Shown here: positions 38,796-47,662 of the stretch, piece by piece | Numbering within the stretch: the first letter of the stretch is position 1 | Layout: every line of letters begins with the position of its first letter | Made by a program: the position numbers and the translations under genes | IMG/VR virus record: IMGVR_UViG_3300042695_002264 | Location: 32,001 to 96,000 of that record | Reading direction: 5' to 3' (one strand) | Length of the DNA: 64,000 nt | Source of the DNA: a virus | Notes under the pieces: generated by a model | Seen by the model: the letters and a program-made list of their open reading frames with translations, nothing else | Databases searched by the model: none | Told to the model about the DNA's origin: nothing

Positions 38796-39581
38796 TTAAA
38801 GATTTAATCTTTGAACTAAATTTTCTATTTTTTCCGAAATTCCGTACTGATTTTTTGCACCCATCAAGTGAGTGTATTTTTTAGCCATTGCCTCTTCATT
38901 ACTTGGCCACCCATTTGGAAAAACAAAATCTATTTTTTTATCATAGAACTTCGCTATTGCAGAAAGATAATATTGTTCGGCTATTACGGCTTTTGTCCAT
39001 TGATTATGTTTAAACCCGTGGTAATGAGTCCAAAAATCTTGATTGCTAGGATCTTCTACAAATTGAATTGCTGATTTGCTGTATTTTCTTATAAAATCTG
39101 TATCATGCCCGCCAATAACACCAACATTTACTGCATATTCTGGTTTAGAATTATTAATTATATGCAAATTTGGACAATGTCTTTCTAGTTTTTCAATTTC
39201 ATAAAAATAATTAACAGCATTTTCTGGAGATTGGGCAAAAATTGCAGAGTTTGAAATATTTCCAATTCCCTCATATAGAAAAACATCGTAATCCACATGA
39301 ATAAATGGTTGTTTTTTTTCTGCAATTTGCCCGTAAGCATAGAGCTTACTAATGCTCCAAGTCTGTGAATATTTTGAATCTACCTCGTTAAGCCCTTCTG
39401 AAATAGATGTCCATTTTATGTCTTTAAAAATTTCTGCACCTTTTGTATCAGTAATAAAATGCACCTCGCCAAAATTTTTTAATAAAAAATATGATGATAA
39501 TTTATGTAAATTTATTATAAATGGAGAAGGATTAGCGGCGTAACCATTTGTCCAATATGACATGTATGGTACTAGTTTCAT
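38796..39581 (-). CDS. GT-A glycosyltransferase-like protein
   Basis: ITD, W...KLY, FIHVDYDVFL (DxD), NVGVIG, IAEQ, YTHLMG. Confidence 0.7.
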   Translation of the reverse strand: MKLVPYMSYWTNGYAANPSPFIINLHKLSSYFLLKNFGEVHFITDTKGAEIFKDIKWTSISEGLNEVDSKYSQTWSISKLYAYGQIAEKKQPFIHVDYDVFLYEGIGNISNSAIFAQSPENAVNYFYEIEKLERHCPNLHIINNSKPEYAVNVGVIGGHDTDFIRKYSKSAIQFVEDPSNQDFWTHYHGFKHNQWTKAVIAEQYYLSAIAKFYDKKIDFVFPNGWPSNEEAMAKKYTHLMGAKNQYGISEKIENLVQRLNL

Positions 39582-40123
39582 AAAATTTCGAGAAGTTCGT
39601 CAATTAAATTAATGCCAATACCAACAACACCTTGGTTATTGTAATTATAAAAATAATTTGATGGTGGCGTTACGCTAACAGATGAAAAATTAATTACATT
39701 ATCACCAATATTTTGCAATAAAATTCTTGTAGTATACCCCTCAAATGAATATATGATATTTTCATCGCCGAGTTCTGCAAAAACTGTATTTGATGGAAAG
39801 GTGTGAGCAACGTGCCCTTGATGATCGGCAATTAAATATACATTTATGTTTTTTCCAATTGCAAAATTGGCATAAAAAACTGTTAATGAATCAGCTGCTT
39901 TTATTAAAAATGTATCATAATTTTTAATATCTAAAGTTACATTATTTTGATTTTCTATATATTGTATTGTGCTAATTGTTGGATCTGCCCATGTTCCGTC
40001 GCCGCGTAAAAAGTTTTTATTATCACCAGTAGTGGCTTGTGGAACAAAACCGGGGCGACCAGCATAACTACCAGAAACACCGTCATATGTTTTTGCTACA
40101 TAATATTTATTGAGATCTATCAT
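39578..40123 (-). CDS. tail-fibre-like protein
   Basis: GFVPQA...FLRGDGTWA fibre motif. Confidence 0.65.
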   Translation of the reverse strand: MIDLNKYYVAKTYDGVSGSYAGRPGFVPQATTGDNKNFLRGDGTWADPTISTIQYIENQNNVTLDIKNYDTFLIKAADSLTVFYANFAIGKNINVYLIADHQGHVAHTFPSNTVFAELGDENIIYSFEGYTTRILLQNIGDNVINFSSVSVTPPSNYFYNYNNQGVVGIGINLIDELLEIL

Positions 40124-40132
40124 GATTAAAAA

Positions 40133-43100
40133 TTAAATATTGGCATAGGTTTCGATTTGTGTAATTTCTTCTGAAGATAGCTCCCTGTTATAAATTAGTA
40201 TTTCTACTATTTGACCTGGTAATATTTCATCAGGAGTGCCCCTTCCCCCTATAACGATATTAGTCAACTGTGGCAAGTTATTCATCGTGCCGTATGATAT
40301 ATTATATGATGTTACGCCATTAATGCGAATAAAATTAGAATTGGGTATGCCGTTATGCACAACAGTTTGAACATGATAATTCGCAAGGCTGCTTGAAGAA
40401 GCGGCTGTTGGCCCAGCAATTTGTCTGGCTTCGGTGTAGTAGTAGCCCCTATCTTCGTTAGCGTTTTTAAAGACGTAACACAAATCTCCTGATGTTGAGT
40501 TTAAGTAACCTTTTTGACCTGTGGTAGCAGGGTTATTATATCTACCAATAACTACAAAGGTGCGAGGTGCGCCATTGCTTATAGGGGTAGGAAATGTAAA
40601 CGTAAAATATGTATTAGAGCCATTAAATGAAACAGCTTTGCGGCCATTAAACTCATTTGTTAGCAAGGTCGGATTATTAAATGCGGTGGCTACTACTCCA
40701 TTCTGCTGATCGGTCCAAGAGGTAATGTTGCCACCAGACTCACTAATACCACTATCGGCATTGAATCTAACAAGCAATCCATTTCTAGGAATCTCAGAAA
40801 CAGGATTTGCAAATGGTGCAGTCTGAGGTACAAAGTTTGCAGTATATCGGGCAACACCTTTGGTAATTCTTAGTTCGTCGATGTAGCCGTTAAAAGAACC
40901 ATCCCCACCTCTACCGATATAGATATTTGATGGTAAAGAATGAGATTGTAGAATAGGAATATTTAAATTTGTAAGACCTGAATCTGCTACCCCGTTTACG
41001 TAAACTGTGGTATTTGCACCATTACGTACCCAGGCTATATGTGTCCATTGATTTTGAGGAATAGTTGCATTGCCCACTATTGGGGCACCCCCAAACGGTT
41101 GATACCAAGAGCTAGAACCATTTTGTATTAATAGGCCTATTTTGTTTGAAGAGGTTATTTGCAATTCCCAGGGAGAATATATTCCAGCAAGTCTTGTTGT
41201 AATTAATGCCCCGCCAGATTGAGATGCTGCGCTAAAAACCCACATTTCAACGGTGTAATTAGTATTATAAAAATTAAAAGTACTATTACCCGCAATTTCT
41301 AAATAATCCCCATTACCATCAAAAAGAGCCGCTCCACTTCCAAACTTTTTAATAGCCGTATCTATCTGAGCATTTCCATAAGCTGTCAAAGCGAAATTAT
41401 TCGCAGAAGAGTCGGTAAAAGGTGCAGGATTAAAGTTTAATAATAATGAAACATTATTAAAGTTTGGGTCATCATTGATATTTGATGGTAATTGGGTGGC
41501 AGGAGGAGTAAAGGTTGTTGTATATCTAGCAACTCCCTTGGTTACTCTTAAATCATCGATATAGCCATTAATAGTATACGATCCAATAGTTTCTGTAATC
41601 GTGCTAATTAAAACACCACCTCTTGAAAAATTTACAGAGTTAGTTAAAGATATAACACTGATACCGTTTAAAAATACCTTTAAAGAAGAGCCAGAGCGGG
41701 AAACTGCTATATGGTTCCATGTATTAATTATTGGATGAGATGAGGCATTAGTTGGAGTTCCATTATGGAAAAAATACAGTTGCCCAGATGAATCTACCGC
41801 AATTGCAAATCCATCTGATCTTGTAGAGTTTTGATTTGGCAACGTAGCATCATATAAGCATTGGTTGGTAGACAATGATAGAGGATAATACCACATTTCT
41901 ACAGTAAAATCTCCAGGAAACTGAAATGCTTCATTGAATGAAGAAGCTAGATAATCCCCACTACCATCAAAACTAACAGAACCTCCTCCATACTTGTACG
42001 TAGAAGTACTAATTTTCGTATTTCCATACTTTGTTAGTTTAAAATTATTTTTAGATTTATCCGCATAAGAATCTCCATCCATGTGTAGTAATAAAGAAAC
42101 ATTATCGCCGTGTGGATCTGAAGGATCGGGTAATTGTTGCGCTGGCGGGGTAAAGTTCGAAGTATATCGGGCAATGCCAGATGTAATTCGAAAATCATCT
42201 AAATATCCTTGAAAATAGAAACCGTAATTAGGTGCTCCACCTATTGTAAAAATATTGTTAGTTACTGGGTATGTTTGATTGCCTGACCCAACAGCGGTTC
42301 CATTTATATAAAGAGTATTAACATTATTGTTTCGTACAATAGCAAAATGTACCCACTGGTTAAGCGTAGCGGTGCCGCCTTGAAAATCGGGTGTGAAACC
42401 ATCATTTAAAACAAATGTACCGTCACCATCTATATAAAAATGCACCCCACCTTGACCAGGTTGAATATCTCCAGCTTCAAAAATTGTGCCAAGACTACCG
42501 CTGCCAGTACGATATACCCAACCCTCAATAGTAAAATTGGAACTATAATCAAAAAGTTGATTTCCTCTTATGTAATCTCCATTACCATCAAAATAGGCTG
42601 AGCCTCCTCCGTATTTCGTAATTGAAGTATCTAATTTAGCATTTCCATTTGGTGTTAATTGTAAACTGTTTGTTGATGAATCTTCTAAGAATAATATTCC
42701 TTCTGGCTCTAAGCCGTTTCCGTTATTGTATAATGCTTGAACTTCTTGCAATGTTAAAGGCCTATCCCAAATTCCTACAGCATCAAACATTCCATCTGTA
42801 ACATTGTCGTTGTATGTATAAGCAATTGAGATTTTTCCTGCAGATGTAAATGTGTGTGTATTAGATCCTATTAAAACCCCATTTAAATAAAACGATACAA
42901 CTCCATTGCTGCTAACGCCACATAAATGATACCATGTATTTGTAGTAATACCTCCAGAAGAAGAAGATACAATTGCATTATTACCAGAGTTGTTTCCAAT
43001 ATAAACAGTACCATTGGTTAGTGAACCAAATGTAAACGCATTAACAGTTCCATCTGCACCAAATTTACCACCATTCGTTAAGGTATTTAATTTTAACCAG

Positions 43101-43309
43101 CAAGATACAGAAAAGTTTCCACTAGCATATGGAACAGGTGGGCTAAAAAGGGCTTCAAGACTACGCCCTAATTGAAATACAGCTCCTTGGCCTATTTTTC
43201 CCGATGCAAAAGTAACGCCATTAACGTTTGTTAAAGTGTATCTATTACCTCGACTATCTATTAGATCGTCAAGTTTCCAAAATGCTAGTAAATTTTCTTT
43301 AGGAAACAT
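40133..43309 (-). CDS. multi-LamG/ConA-like domain virion protein (about 5 modules)
   Basis: Repeated FDGxGDY, FTxExW, WxHxA, GYIDxLRxTKGVARY. Confidence 0.88.
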   Translation of the reverse strand: MFPKENLLAFWKLDDLIDSRGNRYTLTNVNGVTFASGKIGQGAVFQLGRSLEALFSPPVPYASGNFSVSCWLKLNTLTNGGKFGADGTVNAFTFGSLTNGTVYIGNNSGNNAIVSSSSGGITTNTWYHLCGVSSNGVVSFYLNGVLIGSNTHTFTSAGKISIAYTYNDNVTDGMFDAVGIWDRPLTLQEVQALYNNGNGLEPEGILFLEDSSTNSLQLTPNGNAKLDTSITKYGGGSAYFDGNGDYIRGNQLFDYSSNFTIEGWVYRTGSGSLGTIFEAGDIQPGQGGVHFYIDGDGTFVLNDGFTPDFQGGTATLNQWVHFAIVRNNNVNTLYINGTAVGSGNQTYPVTNNIFTIGGAPNYGFYFQGYLDDFRITSGIARYTSNFTPPAQQLPDPSDPHGDNVSLLLHMDGDSYADKSKNNFKLTKYGNTKISTSTYKYGGGSVSFDGSGDYLASSFNEAFQFPGDFTVEMWYYPLSLSTNQCLYDATLPNQNSTRSDGFAIAVDSSGQLYFFHNGTPTNASSHPIINTWNHIAVSRSGSSLKVFLNGISVISLTNSVNFSRGGVLISTITETIGSYTINGYIDDLRVTKGVARYTTTFTPPATQLPSNINDDPNFNNVSLLLNFNPAPFTDSSANNFALTAYGNAQIDTAIKKFGSGAALFDGNGDYLEIAGNSTFNFYNTNYTVEMWVFSAASQSGGALITTRLAGIYSPWELQITSSNKIGLLIQNGSSSWYQPFGGAPIVGNATIPQNQWTHIAWVRNGANTTVYVNGVADSGLTNLNIPILQSHSLPSNIYIGRGGDGSFNGYIDELRITKGVARYTANFVPQTAPFANPVSEIPRNGLLVRFNADSGISESGGNITSWTDQQNGVVATAFNNPTLLTNEFNGRKAVSFNGSNTYFTFTFPTPISNGAPRTFVVIGRYNNPATTGQKGYLNSTSGDLCYVFKNANEDRGYYYTEARQIAGPTAASSSSLANYHVQTVVHNGIPNSNFIRINGVTSYNISYGTMNNLPQLTNIVIGGRGTPDEILPGQIVEILIYNRELSSEEITQIETYANI

Positions 43310-43317
43310 ATTATATT

Positions 43318-44982
43318 TTAATTAAAGTGAAGTAGTAAAGTAACATAGTCCGAATATGGATCGGCTCCTGTTGTAATCGGTGGAACTTCAAGAATTGAGA
43401 ATGTTCCACTAGCCAAGCCACTACCGCCACTGTTAACGGCTGTAAGGTAGAATGTATAATTTCCAGTTTCATTGAATGTATAAGTTATTACACTCTGATC
43501 AAACTCTGGGGCGGAATCTCCGCTAACGTTCCAGTACCAGTGATCAACTGGCGAAAATTCAGCTGGAGTTTGTAGATTTATCCCTGTAAATGAGAGAGTC
43601 AATGGGGCAAATCCAGAGATGCTTGAAGTGGAAATTGCTGGTATTGGTGGAAGTGGGTTAAATACATTGATAAATCTATTCTCAACATCAAATCCAGCTG
43701 CGTTCGACCCAGAAAGTGTTACATTATAAATTCCAGTTTGTAAGTATGTATAATTAATAGTTTGACCAGTTACTACATATCCATTTCCAGTGTTTAGATT
43801 CCAGTACCATTCATCAACTGGCGCTTGTGCTGGATCAAGCAAGTTAACCCCCGTGAGAGCGATAGAGAATGGAACGATTCCACTCAATGATGCGCCCGTA
43901 ATGGCAATCGATGGCGGTAAGAATAGTGGTACATTATGTATTGGCATTGGATAAATTCTCCAACCAATATTATTTTGTGTTGTATAAATTAACTTAATTA
44001 GCCCATGACGGACATTGCATTCTAACTTGTCTTTTTTCTGCTCAATATAATTTCCATTATTATCAATAACTAATGGATTAATATGCCAAGTGCCAGCACT
44101 GTCATAAAGCTCAATCTCGTCGCCCTTTTGAGGATTGGCTGGTAAAATTCCAGTTACAAGCCCTGAAAATGTATCAAATGAATAACGATTATTAGAAAGT
44201 AAATTAACAACCCCACTGGCTGGAAAATATCTAAAGTTGGCACTTCCAGCAGCTTCGCCGCTTAGTAGAACGCCAGTTCCATTAACCGTTGGTCTATTAG
44301 TAAAATTTGCAATGCCACTCAATATGGATAATGGTGCAAAGCCAGGTGCTCCGCCACCATATTGAAAACTACCACTAGCCTCACCCCCCATCATTTTTAT
44401 AGCTAGCACTTCCTCTTCGTTTATGAGTAGCCCCAATTCGCCGCCATATAGGTCATCCCCTATTGTTACTATTGAGCCAAAATTGACTCCAAAATTTGTT
44501 GCGGAATTTTTAAATGCTTTTCTACCGCTAATATCTTGATTGCCAGTGGTATAAACTATTGTGCTTGGTAGACTAGCCGCTTCCCCACTTAATAGTACGC
44601 CAGTTCCATTAACGGTTGGGCGATTTAAAAATTGTCCGCTTGTTTTTGTGACATAATTTGATAGATTAACCCCTGTAATATAACCACTAGGATTGTCTCT
44701 GGTATAATAATTAGATAAATCAACTAAAAAATTACCTTCTCCGCTTAATAATACTCCTGTCCCATTAACTGTTGGGCGAGTAATGAAATTTTTTATACCA
44801 AATATATTTTGATCTCCAGTTGTTAAAACAGCATTTTGCGCACTATCAATTACTACGTGCCCAACCTGTCCATTTACAGATAAGACAGATTGACTCCCAA
44901 CAACAATATCAACCGTTATATCTTCACTGTATGGATCTGGCGTTACTACAATAACTTCCTGATCTGAATTTTCTAAAATCAT
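43318..44982 (-). CDS. tail-fibre-like protein with two PKD-like domains
   Basis: RPTVNGTGVLLSGE x3; WYWN...YTY...G.YxxxL repeats. Confidence 0.75.
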   Translation of the reverse strand: MILENSDQEVIVVTPDPYSEDITVDIVVGSQSVLSVNGQVGHVVIDSAQNAVLTTGDQNIFGIKNFITRPTVNGTGVLLSGEGNFLVDLSNYYTRDNPSGYITGVNLSNYVTKTSGQFLNRPTVNGTGVLLSGEAASLPSTIVYTTGNQDISGRKAFKNSATNFGVNFGSIVTIGDDLYGGELGLLINEEEVLAIKMMGGEASGSFQYGGGAPGFAPLSILSGIANFTNRPTVNGTGVLLSGEAAGSANFRYFPASGVVNLLSNNRYSFDTFSGLVTGILPANPQKGDEIELYDSAGTWHINPLVIDNNGNYIEQKKDKLECNVRHGLIKLIYTTQNNIGWRIYPMPIHNVPLFLPPSIAITGASLSGIVPFSIALTGVNLLDPAQAPVDEWYWNLNTGNGYVVTGQTINYTYLQTGIYNVTLSGSNAAGFDVENRFINVFNPLPPIPAISTSSISGFAPLTLSFTGINLQTPAEFSPVDHWYWNVSGDSAPEFDQSVITYTFNETGNYTFYLTAVNSGGSGLASGTFSILEVPPITTGADPYSDYVTLLLHFN

Positions 44983-45335
44983 TATTCTGTAACATCAGTA
45001 ATATCTTGATAAACGGATACGTCTCCGCGAACATATGTTCTTACCACATTGCCAGACATTAATTGCAAATCATAACCATATGTACTTGCATTTATTTCCA
45101 TTTGCTCCCCAGGCTTTGGCAGCATTGTTACTGCGTTGCCAGATATTGACATTGTATTATCAATGGTGTCCCATGCAGCAACAACTTCATTTGTTCTTTT
45201 ATTTCTAAATTGAACTGATGCTCGCACACCACTTAGCGGTATTCCGCTTCCACTAACATCAGTAAATTTAAAAATTATTGGACCGTAACTATCGCCACGA
45301 TATGCGTCTGGTAAATTGTAAATTGCTGGTATCAT
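44982..45335 (-). CDS. baseplate/fibre adaptor-like protein
   Basis: YRGD...YDLQL...TYVRG. Confidence 0.55.
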   Translation of the reverse strand: MIPAIYNLPDAYRGDSYGPIIFKFTDVSGSGIPLSGVRASVQFRNKRTNEVVAAWDTIDNTMSISGNAVTMLPKPGEQMEINASTYGYDLQLMSGNVVRTYVRGDVSVYQDITDVTE

Positions 45336-45423
45336 AAGAGTAAAAATGTATTAAGATATAATTTCTTAATTAATTACACCGTTTTTTACTCTAAATACGC
45401 CACTTAAAATAAATATTTTAATA

Positions 45424-45511
45424 CGGTGAGAGAGAGATTCGAACTCTCGGTAGACTTTTGGCCTACGGGACTTTAGCAAAGTCCTGCCTTAAACCGCTCG
45501 GCCATCTCACC
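45424..45511 (-). tRNA. tRNA-Ser(GCT)
   Basis: GGACT-TTGCTAA-AGTCC, long variable arm. Confidence 0.95.
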
Positions 45512-45537
45512 TAATAGCTAATAGCTAATAGCTAATA
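45511..45537. repeat. 7-bp tandem repeat (CTAATAG) x3.9
   Basis: ctaatag ctaatag ctaatag ctaata between tmRNA and tRNA-Ser. Confidence 0.85.
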
Positions 45538-45552
45538 TTTTTTTATAAAAAA

Positions 45553-45987
45553 TGGTGGAGGTGAGGGGAGTTGAACCCCTGTCCAATTAATTTACATTAA
45601 AAATTCTACATGTTTATGTGTTTTTGGCGTTTGATTGGCTAAAGGCCACCTTGGCAACACAAGCCTAACTTTTAAAGCCTGCCTATGCAGAGAACGTTCT
45701 GCATAACGCCCAACAATTATTTTTACAATTAAGTTGGCTTGGTAAACCTATTGCGTTTCCAATGCTTTTAATAGGATCCAGACATTGGTTCTTAGGCTGC
45801 TAAGAGCATTTCGTCCTCAACGCCAGCGAGAAACTCGTCAGCGTTGTTGAAGATATACTCGGCTTCAGCCAAGATATCAGAAGTATTATCTTCTGCGTTT
45901 AGTTTTTAATCGATTTTTAACGAGGCCGTCGATCAACCTCGACATGCATTTTTAATTTCAACTAGCTGTCGAAACCAATACACCCCC
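45553..45987 (-). ncRNA. ssrA: tmRNA
   Basis: 5' GGGGGTG...TTCGAC, 3' GGTTCAACTCCCCT-CACCTCC-ACCA with G3.U pair; GCATG/CATGT helix; tag ORF 45792..45896 ending LLAA. Confidence 0.95.
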
Positions 45988-45995
45988 CCAAAAAG

Positions 45996-46071
45996 TGGAG
46001 CCTGAGGTCGGACTCGAACCGACGACCACGCGATTACAAATCGAGCGCTCTACCAACTGAGCTACACAGGC
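45996..46071 (-). tRNA. tRNA-Thr(TGT)
   Basis: Loop TTTGTAA, CCA encoded; single mismatches in acceptor and anticodon stems. Confidence 0.9.
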
Positions 46072-46079
46072 ATAAAAAT

Positions 46080-46153
46080 TGGAGCGGAATGAGAGAATCG
46101 AACTCTCGTTACCTGCTTGGAAGGCAGAAGTTTTACCATTAAACTAATCCCGC
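46080..46153 (-). tRNA. tRNA-Gly(TCC)
   Basis: TCTGC-CTTCCAA-GCAGG, CCA encoded. Confidence 0.93.
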
Positions 46154-46157
46154 AAAA

Positions 46158-46230
46158 TCGGGCAGAGAGGACTCGAACCTCCGGTACCCTGCTCCCAAAG
46201 CAGGTGCCATAGCCACTAGGCGACTGCCCG
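46158..46230 (-). tRNA. tRNA-Pro(TGG)
   Basis: CCTGC-TTTGGGA-GCAGG. Confidence 0.93.
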
Positions 46231-46235
46231 TTAAA

Positions 46236-46329
46236 TGGTGGTTGATGTGGGAATCGAACCCACGCTCGGCCCTCATCTAGGGCACACAGTTTATAAAACT
46301 GTCGATGCTTCCAATTACATTAATCAACC
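46236..46329 (-). tRNA. tRNA with TAT anticodon (Ile) and long variable arm
   Basis: GGTTGAT/ATCAACC acceptor, ACAGT-TTTATAA-ACTGT, 22-nt variable arm, CCA. Confidence 0.88.
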
Positions 46330-46336
46330 ATAAAAT

Positions 46337-46423
46337 TGGTAGCGGGGGTGGGATTTGAACCCACGAGGCCAAAGGGCGGTACGTTATGAGCGTACTGAGC
46401 TACCAGACTGCTCGCACCCCGCA
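46337..46423 (-). tRNA. noncanonical tRNA-Met(CAT) with initiator-like body
   Basis: TGCGGGG/CCCCGCT acceptor, GAGC/GCTC D stem, GTACG-CTCATAA-CGTAC, 14-nt variable region, CCA. Confidence 0.85.
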
Positions 46424-46559
46424 ATTAAAAAATATTAGCTATTATACACAGATTGTGTTGCCCATTTAGCTCAGGGTCGTGGCTTGATTGTTTTTAGGCT
46501 CAAGTCTTAGAAGGCCAATGTCTAGTATGTTCTTACAATTATTGTATTAAAAATCTTCT

Positions 46560-46799
46560 CTATTGTCTAATTTCTTGTTTGGTAACAATTCGTACAGTTA
46601 CCATACCATCATCATGATAAGTAATATCACGGTTAATAATTTGCGCTGTGCCTTTGTATTTTTTGGCATCAGCGAATGCAGTATCAAATGCTTTGCCAGT
46701 TCCGTAATGCACTTGATTGATAACAATATTTTTATCATTACCAATGCAATTAAGTGCTGGGATTAGCAGCAAACAGCTTGCAAAAATAAATGCTTTCAT
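46560..46799 (-). CDS. small secreted protein
   Basis: Signal peptide; promoter TTGACT-17-TATCAT at 46809..46837. Confidence 0.65.
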   Translation of the reverse strand: MKAFIFASCLLLIPALNCIGNDKNIVINQVHYGTGKAFDTAFADAKKYKGTAQIINRDITYHDDGMVTVRIVTKQEIRQ

Positions 46800-46845
46800 C
46801 GTTTAAGGATGATAGGCTTTATTTATTTAAAAGTCAAACAGAAAA

Positions 46846-46992
46846 TTAATCTTCTTGATCATCAATGCCGTTTTTGGATGACTGATAGTTATCTACGCCA
46901 TCAAAATCATCTTCATCAGTAGCATAAAGATCAATAGAATTAAATTTGTTTAAATTATCGTCATCTTCATTAAGCCAAGATGGATTTAACAT
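46846..46992 (-). CDS. 48-aa acidic peptide
   Basis: Manual translation MLNPSWLNEDDDNLNKFNSIDLYATDEDDFDGVDNYQSSKNGIDDQED. Confidence 0.5.
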   Translation of the reverse strand: MLNPSWLNEDDDNLNKFNSIDLYATDEDDFDGVDNYQSSKNGIDDQED

Positions 46993-47027
46993 ATTTTATC
47001 TATTAAGATATTGGCAAAATTTAATAA

Positions 47028-47660
47028 TTAACTACCAAATAATTCTTCCTGTGTTGGTAGGTTTTGCCAATTTACAACTTCCTGTTCGCCTTTTTCCTCC
47101 ACAATTTCCTTTGATAACAAACTTGTTACACTGGGTTTAGACCAAAACTTACAACTCCAATAGCGAGCTTTCCATTTAGGACCAGGATTGTCACAGCCAT
47201 GTCTAGCTCTAAAATTGCGCCGTCTTTCTGGATCGTCGCGTTTTATTGACATATTCGGATCACCAAAATTTACTTTGACAATATTTCCCTTGTCATTCTT
47301 TACATAAACAGAAAATTTCTTTGGGCCACCTGGGGTTCTAAATGGCTTATTTAGTTTCTTTTTTGCTTCTTTGGCTTTTACTTCAGAAACTTCTTCTTCT
47401 GATCCGCAATCAAGATCAGCCTCGCATATAGAATAATTAACAACTATTTTTTCTTCTTTGCCTTTTATGCTTTTTTTGATAGAGGTGCGTGATGGTTTTT
47501 TGTCAGTATATGATACTTTTCCACCGCGCCTTTTGTACTCATTTAAAATCCAAAGATTTTTAACATAACTGTTGCCGCTGAATTTTTTGTCAGCAGCTTG
47601 CCTCACTCTCTCATAAAGAGCATTGTCTTTGTATTTTACTGATGCAAGAATGTCATCCAT
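47028..47660 (-). CDS. hypothetical phage protein (DUF6321-like C-terminal domain)
   Basis: LNKPFRTPGGPKKFSVYVK...VNFGDPNM...FRARH.C...ARYWSC. Confidence 0.75.
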   Translation of the reverse strand: MDDILASVKYKDNALYERVRQAADKKFSGNSYVKNLWILNEYKRRGGKVSYTDKKPSRTSIKKSIKGKEEKIVVNYSICEADLDCGSEEEVSEVKAKEAKKKLNKPFRTPGGPKKFSVYVKNDKGNIVKVNFGDPNMSIKRDDPERRRNFRARHGCDNPGPKWKARYWSCKFWSKPSVTSLLSKEIVEEKGEQEVVNWQNLPTQEELFGS

Positions 47661-47662
47661 AC

